NCBI GenBank assembly: GCA_034434095.1
Contig: DAOTZN010000111.1
Location: forward strand, 1-42,749
Origin: Anaerolineales bacterium
GTDB lineage: Bacteria > Chloroflexota > Anaerolineae > Anaerolineales > DRKV01
DNA: 42,749 nt
Reading direction: 5' to 3'
Below are positions 33,949-42,749 of this stretch, one piece after another (positions within the stretch are counted from its first letter, which is position 1; every line of letters starts with the position of its first letter). The notes beneath the pieces are model-generated. The model was not told where the DNA came from. It saw only the letters and a program-made list of their open reading frames with translations, and did no database searches. The position numbers were made by a program, and so were the translations under genes.

Positions 33949-35439
33949 CTACGGTAGGTGCGTAGGCGTAGGTGTACGCGTTGGGCTTGGAGTGGGGGTA
34001 GGTGTAAAGGGGAAAATATACGCTTCTGGAACCCAACCAACTCGTCCATCATCATCCATAACCTCAACCCACACCATGCCATTCAGCACTACACGTCCAT
34101 ACAACACGGTGATATGCTGATAGGGACGCAGCGTCCCTATTATCGGGCCGCCAGGTGTTTGGCGGATATAAAGGCCGGGGAAAATCACATTGAAAGTACG
34201 CGCATCCACCGGCGTGGGTGTATGGGTCGGAGTAAGCGTCTGGGTAGGCGTACTGGAGGGTGTAGATGTACTCGTCAGCGTAGGCGTAGACGTTGGCGTG
34301 AGAGTGGCCGTAGACGTGGCCGTCGGGCTGGGTCCCAGGGTATTGGTCGGGCTGGGGGTAAGGGTATAGGTCGGCGTGGGCGGAATTTCCGGATTCAAAC
34401 GCTCCACCAAAATTTGGTTAAAAGCCATTCCAATCTTGATATCCTTCGCCAGTCCATGCAGGTCATTTAAAATGTTTTGTTGCAGGGTTTTCGTCTCCGC
34501 ATAACGCAGTTCATGGTCCGCGCGTACGGTGATATTTAACTGTAGCAGATCGCTCCGACGCGCGTAGTCTACCGAGACCAGTTCCACCCCCGGAATGTCG
34601 GGAATCGCTGTCGCTACAGCCTGGCGAATCATGTAGTCTTCTGTACCTTGTTGAAAAGCCCGATAGGAAAGAAAGGTGAGCGGAATTAACAAGAATGAGG
34701 TCAGAAAAGCGGAGATACGCAAGTTGCGATGCATCTTGCTTTCATCCACATAATTGGTACGAAAACCCAACAAGACGAAAACCAGCATGGAGGCAAAAGC
34801 AATCGCCACAAGGTTGGTGAGAAAGAGCAGCATGGCACCGCCGGCAATACGCCATTCTCCCAACGCCAAACCAATGCCAATCGTACATAACGGCGGCATC
34901 AACGCCGTGGCAATCGCCACACCCGGCAAAGCAGCAGAAAGTTGCGGCTGCGCCAATGCAAAAGCAGCCGCCAACCCGCCGGATAATGCAATCATCAGGT
35001 CAATTGGTCCGGGGTATGCGCGCGCCAGAACTTCAGATGGCAAAGCATCACCCAGCACAAGCACTGGCAAACGCGTATTGAGCAGCGTGAACATTACAGC
35101 CAGTAAAATCGCCAGTGCCGCACCGCGTAGCAGAGCCCGCACCGAATCTGCCAACAACACTTCATCGCCGACGACAGATGCTAACCCCAAGCCAATGACC
35201 GGCGACATGAGCGGTGCAACCAACATCGCGCCGATAATCACCGCGCTAGAATTCGTCAATAAGCCCAGCGTAGCAATCACGCTAGAGAGAATAACCAACA
35301 CGAAATAATCGAAATCCGGCCGGGCGGCCTCGCGAAGTTGTACTTGTACCTCACCGCGCCGTTTTTGTTCCAGTGGAGGCAACAATTTGTACCACCAGTG
35401 CAATAACAAGACACGCAACGATGGAGAAGAAGATTTCAT
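33949..35439 (-). CDS. DUF389 (TIGR00341-like) membrane protein fused through a Pro/Thr linker to a C-terminal SH3b-like domain
   Basis: The DUF389 signature is FVLVILSSVIATLGLLTNSSAVIIGAMLVAPLMSPVIGLG. It is followed by a ~60-aa PT-rich linker and then YIRQTPGGPIIGTLRPYQHITVL...WVEVMDDDGRVGWVPEAYI. Confidence 0.8.
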   Translation of the reverse strand: MKSSSPSLRVLLLHWWYKLLPPLEQKRRGEVQVQLREAARPDFDYFVLVILSSVIATLGLLTNSSAVIIGAMLVAPLMSPVIGLGLASVVGDEVLLADSVRALLRGAALAILLAVMFTLLNTRLPVLVLGDALPSEVLARAYPGPIDLMIALSGGLAAAFALAQPQLSAALPGVAIATALMPPLCTIGIGLALGEWRIAGGAMLLFLTNLVAIAFASMLVFVLLGFRTNYVDESKMHRNLRISAFLTSFLLIPLTFLSYRAFQQGTEDYMIRQAVATAIPDIPGVELVSVDYARRSDLLQLNITVRADHELRYAETKTLQQNILNDLHGLAKDIKIGMAFNQILVERLNPEIPPTPTYTLTPSPTNTLGPSPTATSTATLTPTSTPTLTSTSTPSSTPTQTLTPTHTPTPVDARTFNVIFPGLYIRQTPGGPIIGTLRPYQHITVLYGRVVLNGMVWVEVMDDDGRVGWVPEAYIFPFTPTPTPSPTRTPTPTHLP

Positions 35440-35597
35440 AATTTGGTAAGGGGCTGATTCAAAAAATCTGATAGTATCTTTTCAGCAACGCAGGGCAGGT
35501 GACAGTCTCCTTATGCCCCACGATACTGGGAAGATACATCTGGTAAATGTAAACGAGTTATGCTCACCCAAAGGCACGGAGGAAAGGCTAAATCGAG

Positions 35598-35648
35598 CCT
35601 TTGTAATCCAAAACGCTAAGAGGCCCTAAGTTACTGAGATGGTACTTA
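35598..35648. repeat. R4 element, copy 2 (opposite orientation)
   Basis: See the copy at 10966-11014. Confidence 0.6.
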
Positions 35649-35854
35649 TTTTCGGCCAGAAGCACCTTCAAGAACAGTATACTGCACTTTAATGAAATTT
35701 TGTCAAAGTTTAGCAAGACTGCCTTATGCGGCGCTTCACGTTTTCCGCTTCACCCGCGCCCAATTAAGAACGGTCGATGAGTCGGAACAAGGTATAATCT
35801 TTACGGAACCCTTCTCAATCAACAGCCGTCCATTTTCCGTTCAGGAGGAAACTG

Positions 35855-38800
35855 ATGATTAAAGATAGACTGACCCTGTTCTTGACGGCAATTCTGTTGC
35901 TTTCAATGGCTTGCTCGCTACCGGCTTTGAGCAACAGCCAGGAGGTGTCTCCAGCAACCCCAACGCTCCCGCCACCCCCTACAGCAACCCCGCGACCAGA
36001 CCTGCCGCCAGCGTTGATTGAGACATCCCCCCCATTGGGCAGCGAAATTTCCCCCTCCCAAGGCATCACTTTTTACTTCAACCAACCGATGCAGCGCGCC
36101 TCCGTGGAGGCCGCGTTACGCGTCGAGAGCAATGTCTCCGGACGTTTCGAGTGGCAAGATGACGCCGCCGTTACGTTTTACCCGCAAACGCCCTTTACCA
36201 TGGAAAGCGACCTGCGCTTTATGCTGGCTAGCGGTGCACAGGCGCAAAACGGCAAAGAATTGGCGCGCCCCGTCCCAATACGTTTTCGCGTGGCCGGCCC
36301 ACTGCGCGCCACACAACTGCTGCCAGCACCGGGAAGCGCCGATATCTCACCTTCCAGTGCCATCGTATCCGCCTTCAACCGTCCTGTCGTACCGCTGGGT
36401 GCCGACCAGGAAAGTTTGCCGCCCGCCTTTAGTCTGGATCCGCCCGTCCAAGGGCACGGCGAATGGCTCAACACCAGCACCTACATTTTTTATCCGCAGC
36501 CAGCCATGCTTGGCGGGGTAACTTACACCGCCGTGCTCAATCCGGCACTGCAAAGTGCGGCCGGTACGCCGTTGGAGGAGGCCACTTCGTGGTCATTCAG
36601 CACCGCCAAACCGCAGATTGTCAGTGTGCAGCCCGATACCTCCGCATTGCTGCCACTGGATGCCGAGATTACCGTAACATTCAACCAGCCGATGGACCCC
36701 GCCAGCGTGGAAGCGGCTATTTCCCTGGAAGGTGCCGCCGCACTCAATTTTTCATGGGATGAAACCTTCACCACCCTGACGCTTTCTCCCTCCACGCTCC
36801 TGGCTTACGGCACATCGTACACCTTGCGCATTGACGCCCAGGCCAGCAACGCCGGTGGCACCCCCCTGGAGAAAACCTACGCCGCCACCTGGATGACCTA
36901 CCCGCACTTGCAGGTGATTGGGCTGCTCGACACCTCCATTGGCGCCTACCAAAGTATACGCATCGCCATGGCCGGCCAACTGCCCACCGACTTACGAAAT
37001 GAAGCCCTTGCCCACTATCTGACCATTAGCCCGGCAGTGGACAACGCAACTTATTCATGGTATCAAAATAGCAATGACCAGGCCGTAATCAACATTTGGG
37101 GGTATTTTTCTCCCCTGACCGAGTACACGGTCTCTATCTCCCCCGATTTGCCGGATGCCTGGGGGGAGCGGTTGGGCAGCGCGGCTACTTTCACCATCCA
37201 AACCGAAGCCCTACCCTCTTCACTCTTCCTGCTTTCACCACAGGCCTGGAACAACGTCTTCCTCTCCACACCGGACGATGGGGGATTGGCGGTACAGGCC
37301 GCATCACTAAACGCAGTGCAAATGCGGGTCGCCCCCGTTTCGCTGGAAGATTTTCTCTCGTTGACTACTTCCGATGATTATTCCAGTCTGCAAAAATACC
37401 ACCCGTTTGGGCTTTCTACGCGTGAAGTCACCCTGGATGCCCCGCCCACCAACATCGTACAGCGTACCCTGCCGTTGCCCGACAGCCAACCCGGGTTGTA
37501 CTACGTGCGCTTGAATGCGAAAACAACTTCAGACCACCCCCAGATTCGGAAGGACCCTTTCTTGTTGATCCTCACCAAGGTCAATCTGACCTTCAAGCGC
37601 GGCGCCCATGACGCCCTGGTGTGGGCAACGCAGATGGAAGATGGACAGCCGGTGGCCGGTGCTCCGGTGGCAATCTACGATTCTGGGGGGGTGCTGCTCA
37701 CCCAGGGGCAGACGGACGCCCAGGGGATGTTCTACGCCCAAAATCTCCCTCCCGATTCTGCTCCCACCAGTTTTTCTCCGGCCGTGGCCGTGCTGGCAAA
37801 ACCTGGTGACCCGCGTTTCTCGCTGGTGCAAAGCAACATGAACCAGGGGCTGCCCAACGGCTTTCCCTTGCTTGCAGGCAACAACCCGATGATATACGCC
37901 TATTCGGATCGCCCAATCTACCGCCCAGGGCAAACGGTGCACTTCAATATCGTGGTACGCCAGGAATTCGATGGGCGTTATGAACTGCCGGCTGAAAAAA
38001 CGGTACAGGCAACCGTAATGGATGCAAACTACAATGCCTTGCAGGTGTTCGACCTACAACTCAATGCCTACGGCACAACCGGCGGCGAGTACACCTTACC
38101 GGACGACGCCCCACCCGGCGAGTACAACCTGGAGATCAAACTTAGCGGGCGAGAAGATGCCGGTAATCACCTGCCTTTCCTCGTGGCAAATTACCGCAAG
38201 CCCGAATTTGAATTGCAGGTACAGCCTGCCGAAAACGACCTTCTGGCCGGGCAAACGCTCTCGGCACAGGTCAGTGCACGCTATTACTTCGATGCTCCGG
38301 CCGGAAACCTGCCGGTACACTGGGCAGTGTACCAACACCCAGATTTTTTTCAACTTCCAGGCTACAGCGTTGGCCCCGAGGAAATACACTGGTTCGACTT
38401 CTACCCGGATTTCGGGTTTGACTATGGAAACTTAATCGCCGAGGGGGATGGGTATACCGATGCGCAGGGCAACCTGGCGCTCGCAATCCCCCTACCACAG
38501 GAGGAAGTCACCCGGCGCTACACGCTGGAGGTGACCGGCACGGATGAGAGCGGCTTCCCGATTAGCGCACGCGCCGAGGTGCACGCCCATCCGGCCACGT
38601 TTTACATCGGGGTACGAGCAGAACAATGGGTCGCGCCCTCGGGGAACGAGAGAACCTTTGAGGTGCGCACCGTTGATTGGGAGCGCAACCCCTCAGGGGG
38701 TCGCGTCTTGTCTGTTTCCTTTGGACGAGTCACCTGGAAACAGCATCCTCCCAACAATCCAGAGGGCATATCCAGTTATGAAAAAATCGTCACCCCCCTG

Positions 38801-41683
38801 GCAGAGACGCAGATAAGCACCGATGCGGGGGGAACGGCCCGCGTGGCCTTTACGCCCGATCGCAGCGGCATCTACCAAATCACGCTGCGCGGCGAGGGCG
38901 CGTTGACCGAGATGCTTTTCTGGGTGGGCGGTGCAGATGAGGGCACCTGGCCCGCATTGCCAAACCAAAAACTAAACCTCGAGCCCGACAAGGAGAAGTA
39001 CGAACCCGGGGAAACCGCACAAATTTTTGTGCCTAACCCGTTCGGCGTGGATACGCAGGTGCTTGTGACGCTGGAACGCAGCAGCATTCACTACTACGCA
39101 CTGCACACGCTGCCCTCCGGTGGCGGGACAATCTCACTACCTCTGGGACAGGCCGAAGCCCCCAACGTGTACGCCACCGTCACCCTGGTGGGGCAGCGCG
39201 CCGATGGGCTGCCTGATTTCCGCTATGGCATGGTCAATCTGCCGGTTGCGAGACAGCACCTGCAACTGCAAGTTTCGCTGCCCGACCTGCCCACACAAAC
39301 CGGCATTCGGAGTGATGTCACGGTGCGTTTGCGCGTTACCGACGATGGCGGAAATCCGGTACAGGGCGTATTCTCGCTGGCCGTAGTGGATAAGGCCGTG
39401 CTGGCGTTGGCCGATCCGAACAGTGTCCCCATTGAAGAGGCGTTTTACGGCCAACAGCCGTTGAGAATCAGCACCGGCATCGGGTTGGCGGCTTACACGC
39501 GCCGTGGCATAGAAGAGCCCGGTGGGTTGGGTGGCGGCGGAGGCGAGATGTTATCTGCCGTCATTCGTCAAAAATTCCCAGATACGGCTTTTTGGCAGGC
39601 TGAAATCGTCACCGATGCAAACGGGGAGGCACAAGTCTCCTTTGAAACGCCCGACAACCTGACAACCTGGGTGCTGGATGTGCGCGGCATCACCCAGGAC
39701 GGCCGCGTAGGCAGTGCCCAAGCCGAGTTGGTGGTTACCAAACCGTTGCTGATTCGCCCGGTGACACCGCGCTTTGTCACACTGGGCGACCACTTCCCGC
39801 TGGCAGCCATCGTACACAATAACACCGGGGAACCCTTGCAAGTTGACGTGCAACTACAGGCGCCCGCCTTTAGGCTGGATGACCCCGCCCAGGCCGCCCG
39901 GACGATTTCGCTGCAGCCCGGAGAGCATCAGCGCGTGGACTGGTGGGGCACGGTTGACGAGGCCGATACCCTGGAGGTGGTCTTCTCGGCCAAGGGAGGC
40001 CGCTGGCGCGACGCCACCAAACCGACGTGGGGCGATCTCCCCATCGTGCGCTACAACACCCCTCAAACCTACAGCACGGCAGGGGTGCTGACAGAGCCTG
40101 GCGACTTGCTGGAGGTAGTCAGCCTGCCGCGCAGCGCCGTCCCTACAGGCGGCAATTTGCAAATCGAGTTGGCGCCCTCGTTGGCGGCGAACATGGTCAG
40201 TGGGCTGGATGCACTGGAGCATTATCCCTACGAATGTACGGAACAAACCCTATCGCGCTTCTTGCCCAATCTGGCGGCCTACCTTGCCATGCAAGATTTA
40301 GGGTTGAAGGCACCCGATTTCGAGGCCCGCTTGGAGCGTACTCTCCCGAACGGCCTACAACGTTTGGGAGAAACACAAAACGAAGATGGCGGCTGGGGTT
40401 GGTGGCCTGAGGATGAATCGAACACCTACATCACCGCCTACGTGCTTTTCGGCGTGCTTCAGGCACGCGAGGCCGATTTTGAGGTGCCGGTCAGTATTGA
40501 GAAGGCGGTTGATTATCTTCTCGCAACCCTGGCCCCGATTTCAGAAGCCACACAGGATGCGGTATTAGACCGCCAGGCGCTGGTGTTGTTTGCGCTGCAT
40601 CAGGCCGGCAGAGACGCTGAGAAATATCGGGACACCTTGTTTGAATACCGCAGCCGCCTCAGCCCCGCCTCACAAGCCTTCCTGGCGTTGAGTTACCCCC
40701 CAGGGAGCAGCGGGGCAGATGTCCTGCTCTCGGATTTGCAGGGGGCCGCTATCCGCTCGGCCAGCGGCGCACACTGGGAAGGCGATGCACGTTACCGTAT
40801 CAACCTGGTTTCAGATGTGGAATCTACCGCCGCGGTGGTTTATGCGTTGGCGCTGCGGCAACCGGCCTCCACGTTGATTCCAGATGCAGTGCGCTATCTG
40901 ATGGCGGCGCGCGGCGCCGAGGGCTGGGCTTCCACCTATGAAACCGCCTGGAGCCTGCTGGCGATGAGCGCGGTCATGCAAGGCACCGGCGAACTGGCCG
41001 GGAATTTCGATTTTGGCTCCGCGCTGAATGGTTCGCCTCTGGCTTCCGGCAATGCCGCCGGGGAAGCCCAACTCACGCCGGTGCGCAGCAGCGTTCCTAT
41101 CGCTCAGTTGTACCCCGATAAGCCGAACTCGCTGATATTTTCCCACGGGCCTGGGCAAGGACGCCTGTACTACCGCGCCATGCTGAACGTCCTGCTGCCG
41201 GTTTCCAACCTGCCGCCGCTTTCCCAGGGGATGAGCATTGCGCGCGCGTACTACCCTCAAGGACAGGTCAGCCCGGGAAACAGTCTACAGCGCGCGCCGG
41301 CCGGGCAACTGGTGGAAGTACACCTCACGCTGTCCTTGCCACAAGATGCCCATTACGTGGCCGTTGAAGATTACCTGCCCGCCGGGGCAGAAATTCTGGA
41401 TACCCGTCTCAAGACCAGCCAACAAAAGGGCCTCAAGCCCGATGAGACACCTTTTGTGAATGGTTGGATGTGGTGGCTTTTCTCTGCGCCTCAGGTTTAT
41501 GATGACCGCATCGTCTGGACGGCGGAATATCTCGCCGCGGGAACTTACGAGTTGACCTACTACCTGGTGCTCAACCAACCCGGAGAGTACCGCGTGCTCC
41601 CGGCACGCGCCTACGAGTTCTACTTCCCCGAGGTACAAGCACGCAGCGCCGGAGAGATATTTACCATCGAAAACAGGCCATAA
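35855..41683 (+). CDS. Alpha-2-macroglobulin family lipoprotein with an intact thioester and N-terminal SbsA/Big_5-like Ig repeats
   Basis: AGGAGG Shine-Dalgarno. The signal LLLSMAC is followed by a P/T-rich tether. There are three repeats of the type SP..G...V.......I...FNQPM...S. The thioester motif EHYPYECTEQTLSRF has CTEQ at nt 40235-40246, residue 1461. The C-terminal receptor-binding-like domain is present. Confidence 0.9.
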   Translation: MIKDRLTLFLTAILLLSMACSLPALSNSQEVSPATPTLPPPPTATPRPDLPPALIETSPPLGSEISPSQGITFYFNQPMQRASVEAALRVESNVSGRFEWQDDAAVTFYPQTPFTMESDLRFMLASGAQAQNGKELARPVPIRFRVAGPLRATQLLPAPGSADISPSSAIVSAFNRPVVPLGADQESLPPAFSLDPPVQGHGEWLNTSTYIFYPQPAMLGGVTYTAVLNPALQSAAGTPLEEATSWSFSTAKPQIVSVQPDTSALLPLDAEITVTFNQPMDPASVEAAISLEGAAALNFSWDETFTTLTLSPSTLLAYGTSYTLRIDAQASNAGGTPLEKTYAATWMTYPHLQVIGLLDTSIGAYQSIRIAMAGQLPTDLRNEALAHYLTISPAVDNATYSWYQNSNDQAVINIWGYFSPLTEYTVSISPDLPDAWGERLGSAATFTIQTEALPSSLFLLSPQAWNNVFLSTPDDGGLAVQAASLNAVQMRVAPVSLEDFLSLTTSDDYSSLQKYHPFGLSTREVTLDAPPTNIVQRTLPLPDSQPGLYYVRLNAKTTSDHPQIRKDPFLLILTKVNLTFKRGAHDALVWATQMEDGQPVAGAPVAIYDSGGVLLTQGQTDAQGMFYAQNLPPDSAPTSFSPAVAVLAKPGDPRFSLVQSNMNQGLPNGFPLLAGNNPMIYAYSDRPIYRPGQTVHFNIVVRQEFDGRYELPAEKTVQATVMDANYNALQVFDLQLNAYGTTGGEYTLPDDAPPGEYNLEIKLSGREDAGNHLPFLVANYRKPEFELQVQPAENDLLAGQTLSAQVSARYYFDAPAGNLPVHWAVYQHPDFFQLPGYSVGPEEIHWFDFYPDFGFDYGNLIAEGDGYTDAQGNLALAIPLPQEEVTRRYTLEVTGTDESGFPISARAEVHAHPATFYIGVRAEQWVAPSGNERTFEVRTVDWERNPSGGRVLSVSFGRVTWKQHPPNNPEGISSYEKIVTPLAETQISTDAGGTARVAFTPDRSGIYQITLRGEGALTEMLFWVGGADEGTWPALPNQKLNLEPDKEKYEPGETAQIFVPNPFGVDTQVLVTLERSSIHYYALHTLPSGGGTISLPLGQAEAPNVYATVTLVGQRADGLPDFRYGMVNLPVARQHLQLQVSLPDLPTQTGIRSDVTVRLRVTDDGGNPVQGVFSLAVVDKAVLALADPNSVPIEEAFYGQQPLRISTGIGLAAYTRRGIEEPGGLGGGGGEMLSAVIRQKFPDTAFWQAEIVTDANGEAQVSFETPDNLTTWVLDVRGITQDGRVGSAQAELVVTKPLLIRPVTPRFVTLGDHFPLAAIVHNNTGEPLQVDVQLQAPAFRLDDPAQAARTISLQPGEHQRVDWWGTVDEADTLEVVFSAKGGRWRDATKPTWGDLPIVRYNTPQTYSTAGVLTEPGDLLEVVSLPRSAVPTGGNLQIELAPSLAANMVSGLDALEHYPYECTEQTLSRFLPNLAAYLAMQDLGLKAPDFEARLERTLPNGLQRLGETQNEDGGWGWWPEDESNTYITAYVLFGVLQAREADFEVPVSIEKAVDYLLATLAPISEATQDAVLDRQALVLFALHQAGRDAEKYRDTLFEYRSRLSPASQAFLALSYPPGSSGADVLLSDLQGAAIRSASGAHWEGDARYRINLVSDVESTAAVVYALALRQPASTLIPDAVRYLMAARGAEGWASTYETAWSLLAMSAVMQGTGELAGNFDFGSALNGSPLASGNAAGEAQLTPVRSSVPIAQLYPDKPNSLIFSHGPGQGRLYYRAMLNVLLPVSNLPPLSQGMSIARAYYPQGQVSPGNSLQRAPAGQLVEVHLTLSLPQDAHYVAVEDYLPAGAEILDTRLKTSQQKGLKPDETPFVNGWMWWLFSAPQVYDDRIVWTAEYLAAGTYELTYYLVLNQPGEYRVLPARAYEFYFPEVQARSAGEIFTIENRP

Positions 41684-41722
41684 TCGCCAAGAAAGCAGCG
41701 TGCAACGTGCCTATCATCATCA

Positions 41723-41764
41723 GAAACAATCCCCTCCCATGTGCGAAGGGGATTGTTTCTTTTC
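41723..41764 (+). terminator. Intrinsic terminator after the alpha-2-macroglobulin gene
   Basis: Perfect 13-bp stem GAAACAATCCCCT / AGGGGATTGTTTC with an 11-nt loop, followed by TTTTC. Confidence 0.7.
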
Positions 41765-41901
41765 ACGCCTGGGCAAACCTTGATGCTCCATTCAGGGCAG
41801 GGGACAAAATACCAACGGAGACAACTTCTACACCGCCGGTGACACTTTGGAGCATCATCTGGCGCGTGAGAAGCGAGTTTCTTTGTAATCTCTCAAAATC
41901 C

Positions 41902-41930
41902 TTGACAGGCCAGGGGTTTACTGATAAGAT
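41902..41930 (+). promoter_or_regulatory. Sigma-70-type promoter candidate for csp: TTGACA-17 nt-TAAGAT
   Basis: TTGACA at 41902-41907 and TAAGAT at 41925-41930, with a 17-nt spacer. This predicts a ~150-nt leader, as is usual for cspA-type genes. Confidence 0.55.
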
Positions 41931-41972
41931 AAGCGGCGTTGGAGACCAGTAGTACACGTTGGAAGTAGCGCG

Positions 41973-42001
41973 GCTCATGGGTTAATCCATGGGCTTTTTT
42001 T
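41973..42001 (+). terminator. Terminator-like hairpin inside the predicted csp leader
   Basis: 8-bp stem GCTCATGG / CCATGGGC (one G-U pair) with the 6-nt loop GTTAAT, followed by seven T residues (41995-42001). Confidence 0.45.
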
Positions 42002-42089
42002 GTGCCATCGTTCCGATGGTGAAATACCGTGTCTCTCGCAATACTACAAGGCCGGAAATCCGGCGCAATTTTCTAAGGAGACAAAACAA

Positions 42090-42305
42090 ATGTCTGAACG
42101 CACAACTGGAACAGTAAAATGGTTTAATGGCACCAAAGGCTACGGCTTCATCGCTCGCGAAGATGGTGAGGATGTATTCGTGCACTACTCGGCTATTCAG
42201 GGCTCGGGCTACCGCAACCTGGAAGAAGGCCAGCAGGTCGAATTTTCCGTGGAGCGCGGCCCCAAGGGTCTGCAGGCTACAGACGTAACCGTCGTATCCT
42301 ACTAA
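42090..42305 (+). CDS. Cold-shock protein (CspA family)
   Basis: [15 protein letters not shown] (RNP1) and VFVHYSAI (RNP2). AAGGAG Shine-Dalgarno at 42075-42080. The ORF-track start at 42000 is rejected. Confidence 0.95.
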   Translation: MSERTTGTVKWFNGTKGYGFIAREDGEDVFVHYSAIQGSGYRNLEEGQQVEFSVERGPKGLQATDVTVVSY

Positions 42306-42322
42306 AAACCACGTGCAAACTG

Positions 42323-42352
42323 AAAGCCCCCGAAAATTTCGGGGGCTTTTTT
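42323..42352 (+). terminator. Intrinsic terminator after csp
   Basis: GCCCCCGAAA / TTTCGGGGGC stem followed by TTTTTTG. It lies between convergent genes. Confidence 0.8.
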
Positions 42353-42454
42353 GTTTGTGGGTGCTATGATTCGCTCGATGAATACGAGCGGTGAATTCTC
42401 AACACGGGGAATTTCTGCACAATTCGTAGAGGTCTTTTGCCATCCGGGATGGGG

Positions 42455-42749
42455 TCAAGGCACCACAGGATACCCGGCTGCCCGCCAGGCATTCAGTCCA
42501 CCGGCCATACTGGTAGCCTGGAAGCCATTTTCTCGCAAAATTTGCGTGGCAACACCGCTGCGATTTCCAGAACGGCACACCACCACAATTTTCTGGTCTT
42601 TAGGCAATTCGCTTAAGCGATTAGGGAGTTCATCCAGGGGAATAAGGGTCGTACCTTCGACATGGTATTCATCCCATTCGGGTTGGGTACGCACGTCCAG
42701 CACAAATTCGCCTTCCTGATAAGCCTGATAGGCTTCCTGCACCGAAATT
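42455..42749 (-). CDS. Rhodanese-like domain protein (5' end runs off the window)
   Basis: LDVRTQPEWDEYHVEG and the active-site loop CRSGNRS. The reading frame stays open to the window edge (..ISVQEAYQ..). Confidence 0.8.
   Translation of the reverse strand, partial: ISVQEAYQAYQEGEFVLDVRTQPEWDEYHVEGTTLIPLDELPNRLSELPKDQKIVVVCRSGNRSGVATQILRENGFQATSMAGGLNAWRAAGYPVVP

Noticed and set aside
35451-35461. GGGGCTGATTC, identical to the first 11 nt of E. coli tmRNA, in the DUF389/A2M divergent spacer
   Set aside because: No T-arm (GGTTCGAxTCC) or CCA-proximal acceptor complement lies anywhere in 35440-35854. There is no tag-peptide reading frame and no pseudoknot-like structure. It is a chance match.
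1-42749. Mobile genetic element, prophage, genomic island or defence system
   Set aside because: No transposase, integrase, recombinase, phage structural gene, restriction-modification, toxin-antitoxin, Cas or other defence-type protein could be recognised. Gene content is housekeeping, and the composition looks uniform by eye.

Overview
This 42.7-kb chromosomal segment is densely coding and moderately GC-rich by eye. It holds 37 protein-coding genes, most of them housekeeping. The protein sequences and the recurring lipobox plus Pro/Thr-linker architecture look Chloroflexota-like; that is inference, not a search result. All domain calls were made by eye from motifs.

Recognisable genes: queG, gyrA, birA, recO, murI, rplS, a clpC-type AAA+ chaperone, a cspA-type cold-shock protein, ferritin, a NifU-like protein, NUDIX and HAD hydrolases, an MFS transporter, an ABC-2 exporter (one ATPase, two paralogous permeases), and a 1942-aa thioester-containing alpha-2-macroglobulin lipoprotein. 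There is also a Fur-family-controlled ZnuABC/TroA-type metal uptake operon, which continues into a V4R-domain gene, a PF04008-like gene and the Fur-family gene itself.

I found no rRNA, tRNA, CRISPR array, transposase, integrase, phage gene or recognisable defence gene, and no clear-cut novel multi-gene system.

What ordinary annotation does not explain:
1. At least four families of short structured repeats are dispersed through nearly all the longer intergenic regions. One forms a nested 390-nt repeat island.
2. A strong orphan intrinsic terminator closes a multi-hairpin stretch upstream of the MFS gene.
3. A terminator-like hairpin sits inside the csp leader.
4. A perfect 7-1-7 Fur-type box lies upstream of the metal operon.
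5. A translationally coupled three-gene cluster of unknown pathway (uncharacterised 301-aa protein, MobA-like nucleotidyltransferase, PAP2 phosphatase).

Interest scores are deliberately moderate.
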